This document shows positions 1-9,271 of a DNA stretch of 64,000 nucleotides, piece after piece (the stretch's first letter is position 1; every line of letters starts with the position of its first letter). The notes beneath the pieces were generated by a model. The model made no database searches, was not told where the DNA came from, and saw only the letters and a list, made by a program, of their open reading frames with translations. The position numbers and the translations under genes are program-made. The stretch lies in NCBI GenBank assembly GCA_004297625.1, contig SCTY01000022.1, forward strand, positions 59,833-123,832, given 5' to 3'. This DNA comes from Betaproteobacteria bacterium (GTDB lineage Bacteria; Pseudomonadota; Gammaproteobacteria; Burkholderiales; SG8-39).

Positions 1-1
1 C

Positions 2-1267
<1,266 letters not shown>

Positions 1268-1270
1268 GCC

Positions 1271-3049
1271 ATGCGCAACGCCTCGCTCGTCGCCCTGCTG
1301 GTGGTGACGGCGGTGCTGTACTTCGCGCGCGACGTGCTGATCCCGCTCGCGCTCGCGATCCTGCTTTCCTTCCTGCTCGCGCCGGCGGTACGGCACCTCG
1401 AGCGCTGGAAGCTCGGCCGCGTGCTTTCCACGGCGATCGTGGTGCTGCTCGGCTTCTCGGTGATCGGCGGCATCGGCTGGGTCGCCGGCGGGCAGGCGAT
1501 CGCGCTCACCGCCAAGCTTCCCGAGTACCGCGCCAACGTGCAGGCGAAGATGCGCGTGCTGCGCGATCCGAGTTCCGGCACCCAGCTCGGAAAGGCCGCC
1601 GAAGCCATCAAGGACCTGGAGAAGCAGGCCGACCCGGCGCCGCAGCGGCCGATGCCGGTGACCGAGACCCCGAAGTCGCCCTTCGCGCAGCTCGCCGAGG
1701 TGGTGACGCCCTTCACCAAGCCTTTCGGCACCGCGCTCGCGGTGATCGTCTTCACCATCCTGCTGCTGCTGCACCGCGAGAACATGCGCGAGCGCCTGAT
1801 CGGCCTCATCGGCGCGCGGCGCATCAACGTGACCACGCAGGCGCTCGGCGAGGCCTCGTACCGCGTGAGCCGCTACCTCTTCATGCAGCTGGTGGTGAAC
1901 GCCTGCTTCGGCATCCCCTTCGGCGTCGCGCTCTACTTCATCGGCATTCCGAACGCGATGCTCTGGGGCCTGCTTGCCACGCTGCTGCGCTTCATCCCGT
2001 ACGCCGGAGTGTGGATCGCGGTCTCGATGCCGGTGCTGCTCGCCTTCGCCATCTCCGACGGCTGGTCGCAGGTCGCCTGGGTGCTCGGCGTCTTTCTCGC
2101 GCTCGAGCTTCTCCTCGTCAACCTGGTCGAGCCCTGGCTTTACAGCCGCAGCGCCGGGCTCTCGCCGATCGCGGTCATCGCCGCGGCGCTCTTCTGGACC
2201 TGGCTATGGGGCCCGGTGGGCCTTCTCCTCGCCATGCCGCTCACCGTGTGCGTCGCGGTGATAGGCCGCCACATCCCCGAGATGGGCTACCTCAACGTGC
2301 TCCTCGGCGTCGAGCCGGTGCTTACCCCCGAGGCGCGCTTCTACCAGCGCCTCGTCGCCATGGACCAGGACGAGGCCGAAGAGCTCGCCGAGTCGCACGC
2401 GAACGAGAAGGGCCTCGCCGCGCTGCACGCCGAAGTGGTCATTCCGGCGCTCGGGCTCGCCGAGCAGGACCGCCACGCCGGCACCCTCGACGAGACGCGC
2501 GCGCGCTTCATCCTCGACACCACACGCCGCATCGTCGAATACGTCGAAGACCGCAAGGAATCGCAGCCGCAAAGCGAAGCGCCCCCGAGAAAGGCGCTCG
2601 CGCCCGTGTGCCTCGTCGCCGCGAGCGACGAGGCCGACCACGTCGCCGCCGCCGTCCTCGCGCGCATGCTTCCCGCCTCCGAGTTCAATCCTCGCGTCAT
2701 CCCGTTCCCGCTCCTCGCCGCCGAGACCGTCGAGCAGATCGCGAAACACGCCTGCAAGGTCGTCTGCATCTCCGCCATCCCCCCTCAGGCCGCCACCCCC
2801 GCCAGCTACCTCTGCAAGCGCCTCAAGCACCGCCTCCCCGACCTCAAAGTCCTCGTCGCCCTGTGGACCAGCGAAAACACCGAGCGCGCCTCGGCCCGTC
2901 TGCGCGCCGCCGGCGCCGACGTCGTCGTCACCGGACTTACCGAGGCTATCGATCAGTTACGCGAGCTCACGCCCCAAAATCAGGGACGGACCACGATTTC
3001 CCGCCCCGATTCCGAGTCATTGCGCGAACGCCGCAAGACCAACAGATAA
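1271..3049 (+). CDS. AI-2E family (PerM/YhhT-like) membrane transporter with a ~240-aa soluble C-terminal extension (Rossmann/B12-binding-like fold suspected)
   Basis: 592-aa ORF. The N-terminal ~350 aa are polytopic, with the AI-2E-type segment LWGLLATLLRFIPYAGVWIAV. The C-terminal part (CLVAASDEADHVAAAVLARML...VVCISAIPP...LKVLVALWTSE) looks like a small alpha/beta regulatory domain. The last ~25 codons read through a REP-like motif. Confidence 0.8.
   Translation: MRNASLVALLVVTAVLYFARDVLIPLALAILLSFLLAPAVRHLERWKLGRVLSTAIVVLLGFSVIGGIGWVAGGQAIALTAKLPEYRANVQAKMRVLRDPSSGTQLGKAAEAIKDLEKQADPAPQRPMPVTETPKSPFAQLAEVVTPFTKPFGTALAVIVFTILLLLHRENMRERLIGLIGARRINVTTQALGEASYRVSRYLFMQLVVNACFGIPFGVALYFIGIPNAMLWGLLATLLRFIPYAGVWIAVSMPVLLAFAISDGWSQVAWVLGVFLALELLLVNLVEPWLYSRSAGLSPIAVIAAALFWTWLWGPVGLLLAMPLTVCVAVIGRHIPEMGYLNVLLGVEPVLTPEARFYQRLVAMDQDEAEELAESHANEKGLAALHAEVVIPALGLAEQDRHAGTLDETRARFILDTTRRIVEYVEDRKESQPQSEAPPRKALAPVCLVAASDEADHVAAAVLARMLPASEFNPRVIPFPLLAAETVEQIAKHACKVVCISAIPPQAATPASYLCKRLKHRLPDLKVLVALWTSENTERASARLRAAGADVVVTGLTEAIDQLRELTPQNQGRTTISRPDSESLRERRKTNR
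2976..2999 (+). repeat. REP-like 23-nt motif, copy 1 (AAAATCAGGGACGGACCACGATTT)
   Basis: The same motif recurs at 4214, 5268 (inverted) and 21167 (inverted). Its ends AAATC...GATTT are inverted repeats. Confidence 0.7.
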
Positions 3050-3155
3050 ATCGACCTCGGGCAACTCGCCGCCACGGCGCATTGCCGATCGCATTTCCGC
3101 GGCGTAGGGTGGCGAGAGGGGGGAAATCAACGAGGCCGCGCAGGTTACGTCTTGA

Positions 3156-3315
3156 CGGTTTGCACGCCGCGGACGCCGTCATCTCACGCTGGGTGCCAAG
3201 CGCACCGATGTGCCATTTTGGATATCCAAGAGCTCGTTCTCTCGGCTTCCGTACTCTGTGTTCTACACCGTCGAACCAGAGCAGAATAGACGTCGCCATG
3301 GCTGGCCGCCGCTAA
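3156..3315 (+). pseudogene. Remnant of a RelE/ParE-family toxin (C-terminal part, frameshifted)
   Basis: One frame reads ...FWISKSSFSRLPYSVFYTVEPEQ. After a +1 shift near nt 3285 it continues IDVAMAGRR*. Together this resembles the ParE/RelE C-terminal pattern (FPY.I.Y.V....I.ILAV.HG.R). No start codon or N-terminal half is present. Confidence 0.35.
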
Positions 3316-3318
3316 GCA

Positions 3319-3558
3319 ATGCATTTCGAATGGGACCGTTCGAAGGCAGATGCGAATCGAAGAAAGCACAGGGTCATATTCGATGAAGCGGTCAGCGTCT
3401 TCTACGACCCGTTGTCAGCTACCTTTTCCGACCCCGACTCGTCGCTTGCTGAAGAACGTCTCGTCACTATCGGACAATCGTCGCCATTAGCGCACGACTA
3501 GCTACGGCGCATGAGCGCAAACGGCATGAAAGCTAAACGGACTACCTACGTTGCACAA
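3319..3558 (+). pseudogene. BrnT-like (DUF497) toxin, disrupted by an in-frame TAG at 3499-3501 and a short internal deletion
   Basis: MHFEWDRSKADANRRKHRVIFDEAVSVFYDPLSATFSDPDSSLAEERLVTIGQSS matches the BrnT N-terminus. After the stop, the same frame continues LRRMSANGMKAKRTTYVAQ, which resembles the BrnT tail (IRIISAR.AT..ER..Y). The central beta-strand region (GRLLVVVHT.RG) is missing. GC is lower than in the flanks. Confidence 0.55.
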
Positions 3559-3789
3559 ATGCGGGCCGAGTACAACTTTGACTATGCCAAAGCCGTAAGG
3601 GGCAAGTACTACAAACGGCTTCTGAAGGAAGGCTCGAACGTCGTGGTCCTGGACCGTGACGTGGCAAGGGCATTCCCCGACTCGGCTTCCGTTAATAAGG
3701 CATTGAGGTCGGTGCTCAAAGGCAAGCGCCCGCGGCGTGTAGTCGGGCGTTCAAGGCGGACGCGCGATAAAGCGTCTCGCGCCGGGTAA
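3559..3789 (+). CDS. Putative antitoxin partner of the DUF497 toxin (short BrnA/COG3514-like module); start uncertain (3511 or 3559)
   Basis: MRAEYNFDYAKAVRGKYYKRLLKEGSNVVVLDRDVARAFPDSASVNKALRSVL has the E(Y)DFS.A.RGKY...V.LD.DV...F......VN.ALR pattern typical of small antitoxins encoded directly downstream of BrnT. Confidence 0.55.
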   Translation: MRAEYNFDYAKAVRGKYYKRLLKEGSNVVVLDRDVARAFPDSASVNKALRSVLKGKRPRRVVGRSRRTRDKASRAG

Positions 3790-3897
3790 CGGCTAGCCCC
3801 TTCCGGCATTCCATGATCGAATAGCGCCCACGGTCTTAAGACTGAGGAGGAGGCTTATAACCCGGAAGGCGTTCGCGACGCACTCTTGGCGTCAATC

Positions 3898-4251
3898 GCT
3901 TCCCGCCTCCGAGCTCAATCCCCGCGTCATTCCGTTCCCGCTCCTCGCCGCCGAGACCCTCGAGCAGATCGCAAGACACGCCTGCAAAGTCGTCTGCATC
4001 TCCGCCATCCCCCCGCCGGCTACCTCTGCAAGCGCCTCAAGCACCGCTTCCCCGACCTGAAGGTCCTCGTCGCCCTCTGGACCAGCGAAGACACCGAGCG
4101 CGCCTCCGCTCGCCTCCGTGCTGCCGGCGCCGACCTCGTCGCCACCCGGCTCGCGGAGGCCATCGACCAGCTGCGCCAGCTCGCCGTCCCCCTGAGCCTC
4201 GAGCTCCAGCACCGAAATCAGGGACGGACCCCGATTACCGGGACCGGGTAA
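3898..4251 (+). pseudogene. Diverged, frameshifted second copy of the 3' end of the AI-2E transporter gene
   Basis: Nt 3898-4236 align with nt 2668-2999. The translation LPASELNPRVIPFPLLAAETLEQIARHACKVVCISAIP is followed by a 16-nt deletion, then in a shifted frame YLCKRLKHRFPDLKVLVALWTSEDTERASARLRAAGADLV... There is no 5' part of the gene, and the copy ends in the same REP motif. Confidence 0.75.
4214..4236 (+). repeat. REP-like 23-nt motif, copy 2 (GAAATCAGGGACGGACCCCGATT)
   Basis: Near-identical to copy 1. It occupies the equivalent position at the end of the pseudo-copy of the AI-2E 3' end. Confidence 0.7.
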
Positions 4252-4265
4252 GCTACTCTTGGAGA

Positions 4266-4718
4266 ATGAAGAATCTTTATCCGCTTATCCTCGCGGCCTT
4301 GCTCGGCATCTCCATGCAGAGCCAGGCGGCCGATATCGTGATTCACGGCATCGACTTCGGTATCTATCGCATCGAGGGCGAAGGCCCGGGCCGGGAGGCC
4401 AAGCTGGTTCAGAAAACCGACCGCATCCCTCTCAAGCGAGGCACCACGTTCGGCGTCATGGTCGAGGTCCTCGGCCCGCAGGATGGCCGCCCGCGGATGC
4501 TGCGCCGGATCACGCGCTTCCCGGCTCCGGGTCTCAGGAACCCTCAGACCGGCACGACGCGGCCCTATAGCGAGACGGAGGTCACCGTTCGCGTGGGCGA
4601 TACGCTGCACGGCTTGTTCAGCTTCGACCACGCGTGGGAAATGGTGCCCGGCACCTGGAGCATGGAATATTGGCTGGGCGGCGAGAAGCTCATCGGCAAG
4701 GAATTCACGGTCCGCTAG
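4266..4718 (+). CDS. Secreted DUF3859-like protein
   Basis: Signal peptide MKNLYPLILAALLGISMQSQA, then a beta-rich domain (TDRIPLKRGTTFGVMVEVLG...FDHAWEMVPGTWSMEYWLGGEKLIGKEFTV) resembling DUF3859. Confidence 0.55.
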   Translation: MKNLYPLILAALLGISMQSQAADIVIHGIDFGIYRIEGEGPGREAKLVQKTDRIPLKRGTTFGVMVEVLGPQDGRPRMLRRITRFPAPGLRNPQTGTTRPYSETEVTVRVGDTLHGLFSFDHAWEMVPGTWSMEYWLGGEKLIGKEFTVR

Positions 4719-4724
4719 CCGCTT

Positions 4725-4880
4725 ATGGCCCGGAAATCGAACCGTTTGCTGTTGGGGGCGCTCGCCCTTATTTGTTTGTCGGCGAGCGCGGCCGCCCGGA
4801 ACTATCCCAACAGAGCCGTGCGCGTCATCGTGCCGTTCTCTCCGCGCATCGCGCAGGCGGCCGGGAGCCGGGCGCAATGA
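4725..4880 (+). pseudogene. N-terminal fragment (51 codons) of a Bug/TctC-family solute-binding protein
   Basis: MARKSNRLLLGALALICLSASAAARNYPNRAVRVIVPFSPRIAQAAGSRAQ* carries a signal peptide plus the family-defining YPNRP(I/V)R.IVPF start. Compare the intact paralogues at 10041 and 17736. It then terminates, and its TGA overlaps the ATG of the next gene. Confidence 0.6.
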
Positions 4881-5269
4881 TCCGCGTCGTCAGGCTCGGA
4901 ACGCCGCGCGCCCGCGCCGAGGGGCCGCGCCTGGGCACGGTGCGGCGCCCGCCGCGCGGCGTTCGCAAGCAGGATTACGCCAAGCGCGATTACTACGACC
5001 TGTGGCTGCCGCTGCTTTCGCCGAGCCAGAAGCTCGTCAGCGCTGCGCTCTCGCAGCCGTGGACCGACGCGCGCTGGAGAAAATTCGCCGCCGCGTACCG
5101 GCGCGAGATGAAGGCGCCGGCTGCGCAACAGCTCCTGGCGCTGCTCGCGCAGATGTCGCACCACGCAAATTTTTCCGTGGGGTGCTATTGCGAGAACGAA
5201 GCGCGCTGCCACCGCCGCGTCCTGAAGGACCTGCTGCGCGAGCACGGCGCGAAGATCGGGGACGGATAA
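4877..5269 (+). CDS. DUF488 family protein
   Basis: Internal ATG of ORF 4634..5269: MIRVVRLGTPRA...DLWLPLLSPSQKLV...WRKFAAAYRREM...SVGCYCENEARCHRRVLKDLL. The CYC....CHR motif is typical of DUF488. Confidence 0.75.
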   Translation: MIRVVRLGTPRARAEGPRLGTVRRPPRGVRKQDYAKRDYYDLWLPLLSPSQKLVSAALSQPWTDARWRKFAAAYRREMKAPAAQQLLALLAQMSHHANFSVGCYCENEARCHRRVLKDLLREHGAKIGDG

Positions 5270-5290
5270 ATCGTGGTCCGTCCCTGATTT
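5268..5290 (-). repeat. REP-like 23-nt motif, copy 3, inverted (AAATCGTGGTCCGTCCCTGATTT)
   Basis: Exact reverse complement of copy 1 (positions 2977-2999). It spans the 20-nt gap between the DUF488 stop and the methyltransferase start. Confidence 0.7.
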
Positions 5291-5810
5291 GCAGGTGATC
5301 GACGTTCCGTCCGAATGGGTCGTGCGCTGGGCGCAGCTCGTCGAGCGCGGGCCGGTGCTCGACGTGGCCTGCGGCGGCGGGCGCCACGCAGCCTACTTCG
5401 CCGAGCGCGGCTTCGAGGTGGTTGCGCTCGATCGCGAGCCGCAGCTCATCCCCGGGGTGCGTTTCATCCAGGCAGATCTGGAAGACGGCAGTCCCTGGCC
5501 ACTGCCCGGGCGGCGTTTCGCGGCCATCGTGGTCGCGAACTACCTGCACCGGCCGCTGTTTCCGATGCTTAAGGAAAGCCTGGAGGAGGGCGGCGTACTC
5601 GTCTATGAGACCTTCATGCTGGGAAACGAGCGCTACGGCAAACCCTCCAACCCCCGATTTCTTCTGCGTCCCGGGGAGCTGCTGCAGGCTTTCGCGGGCC
5701 TGACGGTCGTCGGCTTCGAGCAGGGCATCGTCGAGCGGCCGAAAACGGCGCTGGTGCAGCGGCTGTGCGCCGTCCGGGGCGAGGCGGGAAGCGTTAGAAT
5801 CGCCGCATGA
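5289..5810 (+). CDS. Class I SAM-dependent methyltransferase
   Basis: [26 protein letters not shown] (motif I) and GGVLVYETF. The start is non-ATG (TTG 5289 or GTG 5295). The stop overlaps the dapA ATG. Confidence 0.75.
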   Translation: MQVIDVPSEWVVRWAQLVERGPVLDVACGGGRHAAYFAERGFEVVALDREPQLIPGVRFIQADLEDGSPWPLPGRRFAAIVVANYLHRPLFPMLKESLEEGGVLVYETFMLGNERYGKPSNPRFLLRPGELLQAFAGLTVVGFEQGIVERPKTALVQRLCAVRGEAGSVRIAA

Positions 5811-6715
5811 TTACCGGCAGCCTGGTAGCAATCGTCACGCCGATGCACGAGGACGGACGCCTCGACTTCGGCGCCTTCAAGAAGCTGATCGACTGGCACG
5901 TCGCGGAAGGCACCGACGGCATCGTCGTGGTCGGGACGACCGGCGAATCGCCGACGGTCGACTTCGACGAGCACAAGGAGCTGATCCGCATCGCGGTCCA
6001 GCACTCGCGCGGCCGCATCCCGATCATCGCGGGCACCGGCGGGAACTCGACCGCCGAGGCCATCGAGCTCACCGAATCGGCGAAAAAGGCCGGCGCCACC
6101 GCCTGCCTCTCGGTCGTGCCCTATTACAACAAGCCGACCCAGGAAGGACTGTACCGCCACTTCCGCAAGATCGCCGAGACGGTCGACCTGCCGATGATCG
6201 TGTACAACGTGCCCGGCCGCACGGTGGCCGACCTGCAGAACGACACGGTGCTGCGGCTTTCCCAGGTGCCGGGAATCATCGGCATCAAGGACGCCACGGC
6301 CAACATCGAAAGAGGCTCGGACCTGATCCGGCGCGCGCCGCGCAACTTCGCCATCTACAGCGGAGAGGACGCCACGGCGCTCGCGCTCATCCTGCTCGGC
6401 GGGCATGGCGTCATCTCGGTCACCGCGAACGTCGCGCCCAAGCTCATGCACCAGATGTGCGCCGCGGCGCTGGTGGGCGACGTGAAGAACTCGCGCGAGC
6501 TCAACCTCAAGCTGCTTCCGCTGCACCAGCGCCTTTTCGTCGAGGCGAACCCGATCCCGGTCAAGTGGGCGCTCGCGGAGATGGGGATGATCGAGCACGG
6601 CTTGCGCCTGCCGCTGTCGCCGCTTTCCGAGAAATTCCACGAAGCGGTGCGCGAAGCGCTGCACGAGGCGGGCGTCTCGATCGCCGGGCTGCGCGTCGTC
6701 GAAGGCCGCGGCTAG
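5807..6715 (+). CDS. dapA: 4-hydroxy-tetrahydrodipicolinate synthase
   Basis: [21 protein letters not shown]...[13 protein letters not shown]...[13 protein letters not shown]...[10 protein letters not shown]; full length, 302 aa. Confidence 0.95.
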   Translation: MITGSLVAIVTPMHEDGRLDFGAFKKLIDWHVAEGTDGIVVVGTTGESPTVDFDEHKELIRIAVQHSRGRIPIIAGTGGNSTAEAIELTESAKKAGATACLSVVPYYNKPTQEGLYRHFRKIAETVDLPMIVYNVPGRTVADLQNDTVLRLSQVPGIIGIKDATANIERGSDLIRRAPRNFAIYSGEDATALALILLGGHGVISVTANVAPKLMHQMCAAALVGDVKNSRELNLKLLPLHQRLFVEANPIPVKWALAEMGMIEHGLRLPLSPLSEKFHEAVREALHEAGVSIAGLRVVEGRG

Positions 6716-7840
6716 ATGCGCAGATTCGTGGTGCTGGCCGCCGTTGTCGTCGCCGGCTGCAGCGGCCTGGGAGACGCGCTCGAAAGCAAGATCGATTACA
6801 AATCGTCCGGCCAGCTTCCCCCGCTCGAGGTTCCGCCCGACCTCACCGCCCCGGCACGCGACACCCGCTACGCGCTGCCCGAAACCCGGCAGTCGGCCAC
6901 GCTGTCGGGCTATCAGCAGGAGCGCCGCGAGCAGGGCCGGGCCGGCGGCACGCAGGTGCTGCCGCAGGTCGACCAGGTGCGCGTCGAGCGCAGCGGCAAC
7001 GAGCGCTGGCTGGTCGTGCAGGAGCCGCCCGAGAAAATGTGGCCGCGGGTACGCGATTTCTGGCAGGAGCGCGGGTTCCTCATCAAGTACGAAGCTCCCG
7101 AAGCGGGCGTGATGGAGACCGACTGGGCGGAGAACCGGGCCAACATCCCGCAGGATTTCATCCGCGGCGTCCTCGGGAAGCTGGCCGACCAGGTGTATTC
7201 GACCGCCGAGCGCGACAAGTTCCGTACGCGCCTCGAGCGCACCGCCGACGGCAAGGGAACCGAGATCTACATCAGCCATCGCGGCATGCAGGAGGTCTAC
7301 ACCACCAACCAGCGCGGCAACGAAGGCCAGACGGTCTGGCAGCCGCGCGCAGCCGATCCGGGTCTCGAGGCCGAGTTTCTCCGGCTGCTCATGGTGCGTC
7401 TGGGCGTGCAAGACGAGCGTGCGAAGGTCGCCGCCGCGACAGCGCCCCAGCAGTTGCGGGCCGAGCTGAGGAAGGCGAGCGACGGCGCCGAGCAGCTCCA
7501 GGTCAACGAGCCCTTCGACCGCGCCTGGCGGCGCGTCGGCCTCGCGCTCGACCGCGTCGGCTTCACCGTCGAGGACCGCGACCGGCAGAAAGGGCTGTAC
7601 TTCGTGCGCTATGCCGATCCCGAATCCGACATGAAGCGCAAGGACTCGGAGCGCGGATTCCTCTCGCGGCTGTTCTCGTGGGGATCCAGCGACGCGAAGG
7701 TGAAGGCGGAGCAGTATCGCGTCCAGGTGCGCGCCGAGCGCGACGCGAGCCTCGTCGACGTGCTGAACAAGGACGGCGGGCGCGAGACTTCGACTACCGC
7801 GCAGCGCATCCTCACGCTGCTGCACGAGCAGCTGAAATAA
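6716..7840 (+). CDS. bamC: Outer-membrane protein assembly factor BamC (NlpB) lipoprotein
   Basis: Lipobox VVVAGCSG. It lies immediately downstream of dapA, the conserved beta/gamma-proteobacterial synteny. Motifs WPRVRDFWQERGF and FDRAWRRVGLALDRVGFTVEDRDR match BamC. Confidence 0.75.
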   Translation: MRRFVVLAAVVVAGCSGLGDALESKIDYKSSGQLPPLEVPPDLTAPARDTRYALPETRQSATLSGYQQERREQGRAGGTQVLPQVDQVRVERSGNERWLVVQEPPEKMWPRVRDFWQERGFLIKYEAPEAGVMETDWAENRANIPQDFIRGVLGKLADQVYSTAERDKFRTRLERTADGKGTEIYISHRGMQEVYTTNQRGNEGQTVWQPRAADPGLEAEFLRLLMVRLGVQDERAKVAAATAPQQLRAELRKASDGAEQLQVNEPFDRAWRRVGLALDRVGFTVEDRDRQKGLYFVRYADPESDMKRKDSERGFLSRLFSWGSSDAKVKAEQYRVQVRAERDASLVDVLNKDGGRETSTTAQRILTLLHEQLK

Positions 7841-7841
7841 C

Positions 7842-8732
7842 CTAGCGGGCGGCCTGCGCCGCGAGGAAGTGCCTGGCGATCTCCTCGCCGGTGGCCTTCC
7901 AAACCCCGTCGAAGCCGCAGACGTAATCGAGCGCGCGCTCGAGGGCCGGCATGCGATGCGGCTGTCCGCTCACGTACGGGTGCAGGCAGATCGCCATCAC
8001 GCGCGCCGAGCGCTCGCCTTCGCGCCACAGGACTTCGAACTGGTCGCGGATCATGCGCTCGAACTCGGGCGGCGTGTACTTCGAGCGCACGATCGCCGCG
8101 GTATCGTTGATCTCGTACGAATACGGCACCGAGACGAGCTGGCGGCCGCCGATATCCATGAGATAGGGCTGGTCGTCGTTCACCCAGTCGGCGACGTAGA
8201 GGCAGCCTTCGGCGGCGAGGTGATCGAGGGTGTTCCAGGTCTCCTGCAGGCCCGAGCCCAGCCAGCCGACCGGACGACGCCCGCTCGCGCGCTCGATGCG
8301 CTCCAGGCAGCTGCGGATGAGCTCCCGCTCCTTGTCGGCGGACACTTCGTTCAGCCGCTCGACGTTGGTGCGGTTGTGTCCCATCAGCTCCCATCCGAGG
8401 CGCACGCACTCTTCGATGATTTCCGGGTGATGCTCGCAGACGTCGGCGTTGAGCGCGACGCTGCTGCGGATGCCGCGCTTGGACAGCGCCTCCATCAGGC
8501 GGAACACGCCCACGCGGTTGCCATAGTCGCGCTGCGCCCAATGCCGCACCATCGGTGTCGGCGCATTGGAGCCCGGCCGCTCGTTCGCGTCGCCGGGCAT
8601 CGGCCGGTCGAGCGGAAAGAACTCGATGTTGGTGACCACCCAGAGCGCAAGCCGCGCGCCGCCGGGCAGATCGAGCCGGGGCCGCCGGGTGATCGGGCGG
8701 TAGGGGAACGGCCCGTACGGTGCGGGCTTCAT
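7842..8732 (-). CDS. Polysaccharide deacetylase / PuuE-like (divalent-metal-independent allantoinase-type) hydrolase
   Basis: Starting from the internal ATG: MKPAPYGPFPYRPITRRPRLDLPGGARLALWVVTNIEFF...HWAQRDYGNRVGVFRLMEAL...MGHNRTN...PYSYEINDT...CLHPYVSGQPHR. The upstream 62 codons in the track are Arg-rich and implausible. Confidence 0.75.
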   Translation of the reverse strand: MKPAPYGPFPYRPITRRPRLDLPGGARLALWVVTNIEFFPLDRPMPGDANERPGSNAPTPMVRHWAQRDYGNRVGVFRLMEALSKRGIRSSVALNADVCEHHPEIIEECVRLGWELMGHNRTNVERLNEVSADKERELIRSCLERIERASGRRPVGWLGSGLQETWNTLDHLAAEGCLYVADWVNDDQPYLMDIGGRQLVSVPYSYEINDTAAIVRSKYTPPEFERMIRDQFEVLWREGERSARVMAICLHPYVSGQPHRMPALERALDYVCGFDGVWKATGEEIARHFLAAQAAR

Positions 8733-9271
8733 AACTGCTCGAGCACTTCGCCGAGCGCCATCACGTCCGCGTATTTGTGCGCGACGTCGAACAGCGCCAT
8801 GGCGTGCAGGAACGGCGAAAGGTCGCCCACGGTCTCCTCGGCGAGCACCACCTTGTAGCCGAACGACTTTCCTTCCACGGCGCTGGCGCGCACCGCGCCG
8901 CTCGACGGTCCGCCGCACACGATGAGCGACCCGGCTGCGCGCCGCCGCAGCGCGCGCTCGAGATCGGAGGAGAAAAAAGCGCTCTCACAGGGACGCGCGA
9001 TGGCATCCTCGCCGCCCTTCGGGGCGAGCGCTCGCAGCGCCTCGGCGCCCGGCGGCAGCGAGTGCAGTACCGGCAGGCCGCGTCCGCGCGCTTCGGCGAG
9101 CAGGCGCGCAGCCGGCGGCTGCCACGCTTCGCCGCAGGCCACGCCGCCCGGATGCACCACCAGCAGCGCGGGGTGGGGGCCCACCGCGCGCTCGCGCACG
9201 TAGGCGGAATAGATGTGGAGCACCTCGTCGGAAACGTAATCGCGCCAGCAATAATCCTCGAAGTCACGCAT
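8729..9271 (-). CDS. Isochorismatase-family (cysteine hydrolase) protein, divergent
   Basis: LLVVHP...ESAFFSSDLERALRRRAAGSLIVCGGPSSGAVRASAVEGKSFGYKVVLAEETVGD shows the isochorismatase-like fold pattern. ATGA overlap with the downstream gene. Confidence 0.65.
   Translation of the reverse strand: MRDFEDYCWRDYVSDEVLHIYSAYVRERAVGPHPALLVVHPGGVACGEAWQPPAARLLAEARGRGLPVLHSLPPGAEALRALAPKGGEDAIARPCESAFFSSDLERALRRRAAGSLIVCGGPSSGAVRASAVEGKSFGYKVVLAEETVGDLSPFLHAMALFDVAHKYADVMALGEVLEQL

Noticed and set aside
3886-4251. 121-aa ORF offered by the track as a possible gene
   Set aside because: Its N-terminal 45 residues are the wrong-frame translation of the duplicated transporter segment. Only after the 16-nt deletion does it read the homologous frame. 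I treat it as a pseudogene fragment, not a gene.
5633-7825. 730-aa minus-strand ORF antisense to dapA and bamC
   Set aside because: Antisense to two confidently identified genes. The composition is low-information (A/R/G/L/V-rich). It is a GC artefact.
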